Assembly: GCA_037381445.1 (NCBI GenBank)
Contig: JARRQT010000030.1
Span: 1 to 11,970 of the forward strand
Reading direction: 5' to 3'
Origin: Calditrichia bacterium
GTDB lineage: Bacteria; Calditrichota; Calditrichia; RBG-13-44-9
Length of the DNA: 11,970 nt
The notes under the pieces are model-generated. The model saw only the letters and a program-made list of their open reading frames with translations. It made no database searches and was not told the DNA's origin. The position numbers were made by a program, and so were the translations under genes. Shown piece after piece: positions 1 to 8,380 of this stretch (the stretch's first letter is position 1; each line of letters begins with the position of its first letter).

Positions 1-2
1 CC

Positions 3-758
3 CGCGATCTGAAGTTCCTGGGGCGCATCCATACCGTGGACGATGTGCTGGAAAATTACGAATCCGCGCGGAAAGCGGGTTTTGAAAATATCAATCTGGA
101 TCTGATGACCGCTTTTCCGGGATTGACAGCCGAAAGGTTCCAGAGCACACTGGAGAAAGCCGCCGATCTTCAGCCGGAACACATCTCCTGCTACACATTA
201 ATTTTTGAACCCAATACTCCCTTTTTTGCCCGCATGAAAAGAGGAGAATTGCAGCCCCCGGACAATGAAGAAGAAGCCGCATTTTATGAGGCGGCAAATT
301 CCTGTCTGGCTTCCCGGGGCTACTCTGTCTATGAAATATCCAATTATTCCAGGACTCCGGAATTGCGCTGCCGGCACAACCTGCGTTACTGGAACCATGA
401 ACCTTACCTGGGCCTGGGGCCATCTGCCCATTCCTTCCTCATACCGCAGCGCTGGTGGAATGTGCGTCCCCTGACCGCCTACATTAAGAAGTTGTCCGGC
501 AACGAACTGCCGATCCAGGAGCAGGAAACACTCGATGCCGCCACCCTGGAATTTGAATACATTTTCCTTCGCCTCCGCCTGAAGGAAGGCATAGATTTAT
601 CAGATTTCGAGAAACGATTTCACAATAATTTCATACAAAGATACAAAAAGGTAGTCGATTCGTTATTGAAAAATGAGCTGGTCATTCAGAACGAAGAGCG
701 CCTGCAGCTATCCGATAAGGGTTGGCTGCTGGCGGACGAAATTGCCAGAGTATTTTAA
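3..758 (+). CDS. hemW: Radical SAM heme chaperone HemW (HemN-like), 5'-truncated by the window edge
   Basis: The frame is open from base 3 (RDLKFLGRIH...), so the GTG at 36 is internal. Motifs: LGRIH, NINLDLM..PG, HISCYTL..EPNTPF, YEISNY, CRHNLRYW (HNxxYW is the HemW signature), YLGLGPSAHS, and a C-terminal HemN_C region (LRLKEGID...LSDKGWLLADEI). Confidence 0.9.
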   Translation, partial: RDLKFLGRIHTVDDVLENYESARKAGFENINLDLMTAFPGLTAERFQSTLEKAADLQPEHISCYTLIFEPNTPFFARMKRGELQPPDNEEEAAFYEAANSCLASRGYSVYEISNYSRTPELRCRHNLRYWNHEPYLGLGPSAHSFLIPQRWWNVRPLTAYIKKLSGNELPIQEQETLDAATLEFEYIFLRLRLKEGIDLSDFEKRFHNNFIQRYKKVVDSLLKNELVIQNEERLQLSDKGWLLADEIARVF

Positions 759-773
759 AACCCGGATTCCCGC

Positions 774-2666
774 ATGCAAAACAGATATATTTTGAGCATA
801 TTTGTATTCCTTTTTCTGTTTGGAAACAGCCCGCTTTTCCCTCAGGCCGAAAGCGTCAAAAAATTGAAAGAGAACCTCATGCGATCGCGCGAGATGCTGG
901 GGCAGCAAAACCAGCAGAGTCTGCAGGACAGACAGCTCTTCAATGCCGCCCAATCCTATATCAGCATGAACCGTTACGGGAACGCCATTCCCATTCTGGA
1001 AGACCTCTGCAGGCGAAATCCGGGCAACAAGGTTTATTACGACTGGCTGCTGCGCTCCTATCTGACCCTGGCCCGAATCCAGTCCGCCGATTCTCTGGTC
1101 AACCATATGATGAACCGTGACCCGCAGAACCCGGATTACCAGATAGACCAGGGCAATGTCCTTTATCAGCAGGACAAAAAGGATGAAGCCCTGGAGATCT
1201 GGAAACAAGTTCTCCGGAAATTTCCCGGCAATATCAGCATATATAATCAGGTGGCCAATGCCATGCTGCAGAACCGCCTGGTGGATGAAGCGATTTCAGT
1301 GTACGAGCAGGCCATCCAAAAATCGCCGCAGGCCTTTTATCTGTATCAGAACATTGCCGGTATCTATCAAAGCCGTTTGATGTATGCGGAGGCGGCCCGC
1401 TATTTTTTGAAATATCTTGAACAGCAGCCCAATCAGCGGCAGTATATTTTTAACCGGATATTATCCTTCCAGATTGAACCGGATCAAAGAGCGGAATTTT
1501 TCAAATCCCTGGAAGCGATGGCGCGGAAATCGGATCAATCCGCCAATATTTATCTTTTGATGGCGCAGTTGTATCAGCGATATGGCGAATTCGAAAAAGC
1601 GTATCCGATTTACCTTCGTCTGGAGGACGGGAAAAACAAAGACCGGCTGCTTTTTCAATTTGCCAATGCCGCGGAACAGGATTCAAGCTACCGCATCGCG
1701 CTGCAGGCTTACCAGCGGATTATCGAGAAATACCCGCAGTCCAATGAAATCATGGGGGCTTATTCCGGCGCCGTGGCCTCGCTTTATAACCTGGCCCGGA
1801 AAACAAATAATACCGAATTCGCCAGCCGGGCATTGCAGCTCATCCAGACGGTGCAGGATAAATTTCCCAATCACCCGGAATTGCCGGGCATGTCCTACCT
1901 GCAGGGAACGCTTTACCTGGATTACTATTTTGATGTGGATAAGGCGACTGCAATTTTTTCCGCTATGTCGCAGCAGAAAGGAATTTCCCCCCAGTTTACT
2001 GATATGGCCTTGCTGAAGCTGGGGGAATGCTGCGTCCTTAAAGGAGATCTGGAGCAGGCGCTGCAAACCTTCCAAAGGGTTTCGCCTTCCTCCCGGAAAG
2101 GCCTCGCCCTGCTGCAGACTGCCCGAACTTATTATTTCATGAAAAACTACAGCAAAGCCGAGGAAACCATTAATTCCATCATTCAAAAGGAGGGCGCACA
2201 CGGGGATGCCACTAATGATGCCCTCGCCCTGCAGATGAAAATCAGCCAGGCAAAGAAGACGCCCGAAGTGCTGGACAGACTTTCCGAAGCCGACCTGCTT
2301 ATCTATCAGCGGAAGAAATCGGAGGCAGTGAAAAAATTGGGTGAAATCGTCTCCGTCAACTCCGTTTCACCGCTTATCAAATCGGACACCTATCTCCGGA
2401 TGGAACAGCTTTCCCTGGATCTAAAGGAAATACCGCAGGCCCTTGATTTCAGCGCCCGGGCGATTCAGGATTCCGCCCTGGTAAAATATGCCGACCAGCA
2501 TATGTTTCTGATGGCGACTGTTCTGGAAAATCAGTTGAATAAACCACAGGAAGCCTTTAAAATATATCAGCAACTGCTGGAAAATTACCCGAACAGTCTG
2601 GTTGCCGATCAGGCCCGGGAGAGAATGAAATTTATCCGAGATCAAAAACCGTCAGAGATCCCATGA
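774..2666 (+). CDS. Secreted/periplasmic tetratricopeptide-repeat (TPR) protein, 630 aa
   Basis: N-terminal signal peptide (MQNRYILSIFVFLFLFG...QAE). Repeated helical TPR-like units: A..Y.....Y..AI..LE, G.V.YQ..K..EAL..WK, A...YQ..IEKYP.S, and C-terminal EA.KIYQQLLENYPNS. The stop overlaps the next start (ATGA at 2663-2666). Confidence 0.85.
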   Translation: MQNRYILSIFVFLFLFGNSPLFPQAESVKKLKENLMRSREMLGQQNQQSLQDRQLFNAAQSYISMNRYGNAIPILEDLCRRNPGNKVYYDWLLRSYLTLARIQSADSLVNHMMNRDPQNPDYQIDQGNVLYQQDKKDEALEIWKQVLRKFPGNISIYNQVANAMLQNRLVDEAISVYEQAIQKSPQAFYLYQNIAGIYQSRLMYAEAARYFLKYLEQQPNQRQYIFNRILSFQIEPDQRAEFFKSLEAMARKSDQSANIYLLMAQLYQRYGEFEKAYPIYLRLEDGKNKDRLLFQFANAAEQDSSYRIALQAYQRIIEKYPQSNEIMGAYSGAVASLYNLARKTNNTEFASRALQLIQTVQDKFPNHPELPGMSYLQGTLYLDYYFDVDKATAIFSAMSQQKGISPQFTDMALLKLGECCVLKGDLEQALQTFQRVSPSSRKGLALLQTARTYYFMKNYSKAEETINSIIQKEGAHGDATNDALALQMKISQAKKTPEVLDRLSEADLLIYQRKKSEAVKKLGEIVSVNSVSPLIKSDTYLRMEQLSLDLKEIPQALDFSARAIQDSALVKYADQHMFLMATVLENQLNKPQEAFKIYQQLLENYPNSLVADQARERMKFIRDQKPSEIP

Positions 2667-3800
2667 AAGCATTAGTCTATATAAGTTTTATGGTTTTGTT
2701 TCTATTCCGGTGGGCCGATGCCCAGTATACCCTGATCCCCATGGATTTGAGTCAAACCGACCATCTCAAAGCCTATGGTGTGGCCTATTGGAGTCTGCAG
2801 CGGGGGGTGAATGTGGAATGGCTTCTCAACTACCGGGGCGGCTCATTTCTTCTGCAGACTTTTCCCGGACTGGAAAGCGAATGTCTGATCAGGGACGTCA
2901 AAACGGAAGCTATTGACGGCGCTGCAGTCAACCAGATTTACGCGACCATAGAACAGGAAAATATGGAGCGCGTCCTGCTGGAAAAGCCCCCTAAAATAGC
3001 GGTCTATACGCCGCCCAACAAACAGCCCTGGGACGATGCGGTAACGCTGGCTCTCACCTATGCGGAAATCGATTATGACAAAATATATGATGAAGATGTC
3101 CTGGCGGGAAAACTTTCCGACTATGACTGGCTGCATCTCCACCATGAAGATTTCACTGGCCAGTATGGCAAATTCTACTGGAGTTTTCTGAATGCGCCCT
3201 GGTATATCAACGAAGTCCAGTGCAGCCCTGGATATCGCACTGGCGGCCGAGGGAGTGGATATCGTGGATACGCCTTTCGACGGTACGCCGCCCGATCCCA
3301 ACTATCAGCAGAAACTGGACTACAGCAAATGCCTGGCTTTCCAGAATTTCAAACTGTATACCAATCCCACACTGTACGAGTTTTCGGACATTGACATTCC
3401 GCCCAGTTTCGCTCCCCGCCTGCGGGACCCGGAGAGCGACTATTTCACGCTGTTCGAATTTTCCGCCAAATATGATCCCGTGCCCACCATGCTGACCCAG
3501 GACCATGTGGATGTAATCAAAGGTTTTATGGGACAGACCACCATGTTCGACCGGACCAAGATCAAGCCCTCAGTCATTATCATGGGCGAGGTGGAAGGCA
3601 CCAATGAAGTAAAATATATTCACGGAAATGCGGGCAAAGGCACTTTCACTTTTTACGGCGGCCACGATCCGGAAGATTATACCCATGCGGTGGGCGATCC
3701 GCCCACACAGCTCGAACTTCACAAAAATTCTCCGGGATACCGTCTGATCCTCAACAATATACTGTTTCCGGCCGCAAAAAAGAAAAAATTGAAAACCTGA
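2663..3800 (+). pseudogene. Conserved secreted protein of the FCB-group family often auto-annotated 'asparagine synthetase B' (function unproven); frameshifted with an apparent internal deletion at ~3221-3227
   Basis: ORF 2663..3394 carries the family N-half (signal peptide, LIPMD..Q..HLKAYG..YW, WLLNYRGGSF, PWDDAVTLALTYAEI, DWLHLHHEDFTGQYGKFY...APWY). ORF 3192..3800, shifted +1, carries the C-half (DIALAAEGVDI, YEFSDID, FSAKYDPVPTML.Q.H...IKGFMGQTT, GGHDPEDY.H.VGDPPT.L.LH.NSPGYRLILNN.LFPAAKKKKLKT). The family was recognised from memory, not by a search. Confidence 0.75.
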
Positions 3801-3811
3801 AAATTTTTCGC

Positions 3812-3840
3812 TTTACATAGATTCCGGGAATTTTTACTTT
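3812..3840 (+). promoter_or_regulatory. Candidate sigma70 promoter for yjbQ
   Basis: TTTACA (3812-3817), 17-nt spacer, TACTTT (3835-3840). The spacer contains the near-palindrome ATTCCGGGAAT (3821-3831). Confidence 0.4.
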
Positions 3841-3920
3841 ACAGGCAGATTTAATCCATAAAGAAATTCTGTTTTTGGTTCAAAGGAACACAATCAGACT
3901 TTTGAAAGCAAATTCAAGAG

Positions 3921-3926
3921 AGGAGG
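3921..3926 (+). promoter_or_regulatory. Shine-Dalgarno site of yjbQ
   Basis: AGGAGG, 4 nt upstream of ATG 3931. Confidence 0.8.
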
Positions 3927-3930
3927 TTTC

Positions 3931-4332
3931 ATGTATTCCAGGTTGAGCGTTAAGACTGATTCGCAGACAGAATTTATTGACATTACCCAGAAGATCCAGA
4001 ACATTATCAGTGAGCGGGAGATGGACACCGGGATCTGCCATATTTTTGTCCCCCACACCACCGCCGGAGTCAGCATCAATGAAAATGCTGATCCGAGTGT
4101 GGTGCATGACATCCTCAAAGAACTGAACAAGATTGTGCCGTTCCAGGACAGTTATCAGCATGGCGAAGGCAATTCGGCAGCGCACATCAAGTCATCCCTG
4201 ATCGGTTCCTCGCTATCCGTCATTATTGAAAACGGGCGGCTGCAATTGGGAACCTGGCAGGGAATTTATTTTTGCGAATTCGACGGCCCGCGGGTGCGGA
4301 ATGTATGGGTGAAGTTAATGGCGGATAAATAA
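3931..4332 (+). CDS. yjbQ: YjbQ/UPF0047 family protein (secondary thiamine-phosphate synthase family), 133 aa
   Basis: Motifs DIT, FVPHTTAG..INENADPSV..D, H.EGNSAAHIKSSLIG, LGTWQGIYFCEFDGPR.R; strong RBS. Confidence 0.93.
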   Translation: MYSRLSVKTDSQTEFIDITQKIQNIISEREMDTGICHIFVPHTTAGVSINENADPSVVHDILKELNKIVPFQDSYQHGEGNSAAHIKSSLIGSSLSVIIENGRLQLGTWQGIYFCEFDGPRVRNVWVKLMADK

Positions 4333-4450
4333 ACTATTCGAATCAAACTGCAATTGTAATAGATCACTGAAAATGGTTTGGTTTCAGAGTCGAATTTGGA
4401 TAGCAGAGATATTATTTCATCCAATGCTTTACAGGACGGGGCCGGAAATC

Positions 4451-4474
4451 ATCTCAGCTTAAAGAGCTTGAGAT
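4451..4474. terminator. Hairpin between convergent yjbQ and DUF3857 genes, possible terminator
   Basis: ATCTCAGCT-TAAAG-AGCTTGAGAT: 9-bp stem with one bulge, 17 nt downstream of the minus-strand stop at 4492. No strong U-tract on either strand. Confidence 0.3.
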
Positions 4475-4491
4475 ACTTACCTGGGAACCAC

Positions 4492-6384
4492 TCACATCCA
4501 GTTTAAAACAAAATTGGCTTTGTCATTTTTTATCACCGCTTTCATAAAGGAGCGATACGCCGCATAATCTTCCGGCTGAATTTTTTTGTTGTAGATGGCC
4601 TCTTCCCTGACGAACGTCAATTGATTCTCTCTGATCTCATAGGAAGTCCGATATTTTCCGAAAGGGGCGGACAATTCAAGCGGTTCGGGGGCCGCTTCAA
4701 GATCATACCCCGAGGGCAGATTTATCCGCACCGTATCGATGGTGGAGTAGGGGAAGTAATAGTTCACCGCAAATTCCCTTTCCTCCTCCCCCGGCAAATC
4801 CGAGGCCGTTTCGCGATGCAGCAAGGCGGGATTGAAGAATATTCTGCGGGCCGAAGAAACCGCATATTTCCTCACCGTCCCGCTAAAGTCACAGATCAGG
4901 GGTAGATCAAAATTGTCCCTGAGATTTTCAAAATCGCACCGCTGCAAAGACGGAGAGGATAAATATTTGGCCAGAAATCCCGTGGAAAATATTTGCCGGA
5001 GATCCTTCCTTTCATCTGTTAGTAAACCGGCCCGACGTGAAAAGGCATTGTTCCCTGTAAATTTCACTTGCCCGGTAAATTGCAGCTCCCCGTCATTGGT
5101 CAAATCCCCTGTAATGATGCTGCTCACCGTATTTTTGTCCGCTGATTTAGCCGGAGTTCGCATGATTTCACCGTTCTTTTCGTTGATCACCAGAACAAAA
5201 CAGCCCTCATCATCCGGCGGCAAATCTCCGGCCGCCAGATAGTCGGCGGTGCATTCCAGCCACATGGTATCATCCGGCAGCGGTACAAAGGCAATGACAT
5301 GGTTGAATTGGTTGGATGGGAAATCGCGAAATAGTACGCCTTTGTCACGGGTCTTGACGAGCGCAGGGTAAGCCGGAATATCGACAAAATTTGCCATCGC
5401 CACCATAAAAGTCGTCAAATCCTTGCAGTCACCGTATTTATTGGTGCATACTGATTCCGCCGAATTCGGCTGCCATCCCCCGATTCCCAGGGAAATAGAA
5501 ACATACCGGGTATAATTCTGCAGAAATGAATAAAGTTTTCCGATTTTCTCACGATCGGTGCGGCAGTCAGCGGTTAATTTCCGAACAGTGTTCTGTAATT
5601 CAGGCGTAAGCTGATATCTCCCATTCGCCAACCGGCGATCCCATTCTCCAAAATGAGCCCATGAGTCAGAATATCCCTTGTAGCCATCTAACTGAAATTC
5701 TGCAGGCGTAAACAACAGATATTTTTGGTGACGGTCTTCCGGGGGCATCCAATCTTCCTTCAGGCGAGGTTCAAGATTTTCCAGTGTCCAGATGAGCGTC
5801 TGCTTTTTGCCTTTCTTGATCACATCCGGTGAAATTTCAATTCCACGATGATAGGTGTAATAATTGACCGGTTCATCCAGCATCAGGCGATAAACAGATT
5901 TTCGCACCGGCACATCCTCCTGGGGAAACCAGTCCGGCCACATGAACACCGTATTGAATTCCACCTCATACTCATACTCCAAAATATAGGGCAATTGGGG
6001 CCAGGCAAATTCAACCAACCGGTACTTGTTATCATCGTAAATTGTATTCCCGGGAGATATATTCGCTTTCAGAATATCATCTTTTTTCAGTTCTTTCAAT
6101 TCTTTGCCGTCGAGGTCCAGTATACGGGCAGAAATTTTTTTACATTTGGCATACCTGTTTTCGGTCACACTAAACCGTCCGAATTCTTTTCCTTTCTCAC
6201 GGAGCACCTGCACTTTTCTGTGGATATTCAAAACCGCCGAGTTGATATTTTTGATGTGAAATTCAAGCTCATCCAGAACAACAATAGCATCGGTATTTTC
6301 AGATGAGGTGCCAGCCGCAATGTCCGCGGCGGAAATATCTGTTAAGACTATGAAAGAAAATAAAATAAAAATCAGGAATCGCAC
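4492..6384 (-). CDS. Secreted DUF3857 + transglutaminase-like (+ DUF3858-like C-terminus) protein, predicted catalytically intact
   Basis: RYVSISLGIGGWQP..A..V....YGDCKD (Cys codon 5425-5427), FNHVI and WLECT. Start reassigned from ATG 6459 to GTG 6384, which has AGGAG 7 nt upstream and gives a clean signal peptide (MRFLIFILFSFIVLTDISAA). Confidence 0.85.
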   Translation of the reverse strand: MRFLIFILFSFIVLTDISAADIAAGTSSENTDAIVVLDELEFHIKNINSAVLNIHRKVQVLREKGKEFGRFSVTENRYAKCKKISARILDLDGKELKELKKDDILKANISPGNTIYDDNKYRLVEFAWPQLPYILEYEYEVEFNTVFMWPDWFPQEDVPVRKSVYRLMLDEPVNYYTYHRGIEISPDVIKKGKKQTLIWTLENLEPRLKEDWMPPEDRHQKYLLFTPAEFQLDGYKGYSDSWAHFGEWDRRLANGRYQLTPELQNTVRKLTADCRTDREKIGKLYSFLQNYTRYVSISLGIGGWQPNSAESVCTNKYGDCKDLTTFMVAMANFVDIPAYPALVKTRDKGVLFRDFPSNQFNHVIAFVPLPDDTMWLECTADYLAAGDLPPDDEGCFVLVINEKNGEIMRTPAKSADKNTVSSIITGDLTNDGELQFTGQVKFTGNNAFSRRAGLLTDERKDLRQIFSTGFLAKYLSSPSLQRCDFENLRDNFDLPLICDFSGTVRKYAVSSARRIFFNPALLHRETASDLPGEEEREFAVNYYFPYSTIDTVRINLPSGYDLEAAPEPLELSAPFGKYRTSYEIRENQLTFVREEAIYNKKIQPEDYAAYRSFMKAVIKNDKANFVLNWM

Positions 6385-6442
6385 GCCATGTCTCCTTCTT
6401 GAGAATGAATGCATCGGGTTTTTCTTTATGATTCCTTCAGGA

Positions 6443-8275
6443 TCAATTTCCGGCCGCATCCGGTATTCTGCGGAGAACGACCTGACCCTGATCTGCGCTT
6501 ACCATTTCTCCATAAAAGCTACGCAGGAAACCATACTCTGACGGGTAGAAAATTGTTTTATCCAGATTAAAGTTCCTTCTTATGCTCAATCCTTTTTCAC
6601 CGGACGCTAATTGCAACACGTAATTTGCGCTTTTGATATTCAGTGTCTTTTGTGCGGGAAGCTCTGCGATTTCAAACTCCTTGGGAATGCTCAGCTCAAT
6701 ATTTTCCGAATTCCGGAAGATATAATTAAAATCAACCGGGAAAAAGCGCTTGGCCCGCCTAAACGGATTTTTATGCTGGGAATTCAGGAAAGGCAGGGAG
6801 AAATAGATGTTGTCATTAACAATCTGCGCAAATTCAGGAACTGAAAAATTCAGTGTAATAGCAAGCGGCAGATTGAGGGAGTCCAGGTGAGCTATTTCGA
6901 AAGTGTCCAGTTTTGCATCCGAGAACTGATCTGTCAATAATTCTGAAATATATTTCTCCATATCAGTAGTGTTCAATTTCTCCCGCATGGCTATGTCTCT
7001 ATAGCCCTTCAGGTGCATGATAAATTTTCCTTCTAAATTCCCATCCGAATCCAGTTTCATTACGCCCTGTATCTCTGTCATATTGTTATTACCAGGAGGC
7101 GGGATATCAACTATTTTGCCGCGGCTCTCGTCGATAACCAGGCCTTTTGACACGATATCATTCTGCGGCAGCACGCAAAACGGGCAGTATCTGTCGGCTG
7201 CATCCATAAAATATTTCTGTGAACCGTATTCCGCATACACAATGACACGATCGAACTGTCCCAACTGGGGCCAGTTTTCAATCAGCGTTCCGTTTCTGCG
7301 GGTACTGATTAACATGGGCTTCGCTTCAATCCCGGCATCACGCAGCATGCTCAGAAGCAGAAAATTCTTCTCTGTGGGCGTTCCCTTTCTTTTCTCCAAC
7401 ACTTCCCCCGGCTTATTGCGTGGATAAATGGTGGCAAGCCAATCCGTCTCGATTCCGTCACGAGAGAACTCATAAAGCTTCTTTATTTTTTCCGGAATGA
7501 CCTGGGTATCCCCCATAATTTCCGGCATCTTTTTTCGAAGATCACCATTCATTTCATAATATTCTTTATATGCCTCATTAAGCTTTTCTGCCAGGTCATC
7601 CCACGTCTTAATGAATCTATAGCTGCTGTACATATCGCGATATTCAATTAATTTTCCCAGGTAAAGGCTTTTCCCCTTTTTGCAGTCGCGCTCGGGATGA
7701 TAAAGTCTTCTTCAGTTGGTACTGCTTCCGCTCCAAAAATATTTCTTTGAAAGGCATTGTAATGGAAGCCGGGAAGGATTGAAACACTGACTTTGCTTAA
7801 CTTTGTATAATATTCATTCTGAAAATACCAGGGCTCAAGCATCTGCAGATATTCGCTGCTTAGTTTATATTTATATTCGATTACCGAACCGACTTCAACC
7901 CCGGGAATAGCAAATACCTTCTGTTTATAATAATTCTTTACACTCTCCTCGAATATCTGCTTTCCATTAAGTTTTATCTTCTTTCCGTTTGGCAGAATTG
8001 TCTGGGCTTCAATACGGCCCAAATTGTCTTTGTGAAAATAGCGGATTTTAACATTCGCAGCATCTTTCCCCTCTTCAGATAAAATTTTAATGCGGACAGA
8101 TCTTGCCCACATCAAAAAGAACCACCGCCGGAGCGGTAGAATCCTCGGGAAACACTTTCATGGCAAGCACTTCTTTGGATACTTTTCCCCATTTTTCCTG
8201 AGCCACAGCTTGTTGGCCGAAAAAAACCATAAAACAGAACAGGAACATCAGGACAGGCAGATTGGTTCGTGACAT
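6443..8275 (-). pseudogene. Secreted DUF3857 + inactive transglutaminase-like protein, split into three ORFs (8087..8275, 7648..8115, 6443..7633) by two frameshifts
   Basis: RBS AAGGGAG before ATG 8275. Fragment 1: signal peptide then KWGKVS.E.L.MK.FPEDSTAPAVVLFDVG. Fragment 2: VRIKILSEEGKD.ANV.I, FAIPGVEVGSVIEYKY, PWYFQ. Fragment 3: TWDDL, KG...EKNFLLLSMLR.AGIEA.P.LISTR.NG, FDRVI, R.FPVDF.Y. The fragments are in the family's domain order. Confidence 0.8.
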
Positions 8276-8380
8276 AATAACTCCCTTTATATTTAAGTTT
8301 TTCTAATTGTCAGGGAATCTCGAATTAATCCAAACAACGCTTTTGGCCGAAAAACTATCCCTTAATTTTTCCTAAAAATA

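Noticed and set aside
36..38. GTG 36 as the hemW start
   Set aside because: The frame is open to the window edge and the radical SAM CxxxCxxC region is absent, so the real start lies upstream of the window.
3227..3394. C-terminal tail of ORF 2663..3394 (PGYRTGGRGSG...) and N-terminus of ORF 3192..3800 as parts of two real genes
   Set aside because: These are out-of-frame read-through of one broken gene; family similarity switches frame at ~3227.
6385..6459. ATG 6459 or ATG 6414 as start of the downstream DUF3857 gene
   Set aside because: GTG 6384 has a well-spaced AGGAG and gives a canonical signal peptide; the extension looks non-coding and ATG 6459 overlaps the upstream gene.
7646..7660. 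Programmed -1 ribosomal frameshift at GGGAAAAT
   Set aside because: The run is not phased as X XXY YYZ in the upstream frame, a conserved block appears to be missing, and the gene is already broken at 8100.
7646..8103. Hi-C ligation scars (AATTAATT, GATC) as the cause of the junctions
   Set aside because: AATTAATT fits an MluCI fill-in junction but may simply be native (C)AA TTA ATT codons. The 8100 site has a single GATC rather than GATCGATC, and the 3224 site has neither word.
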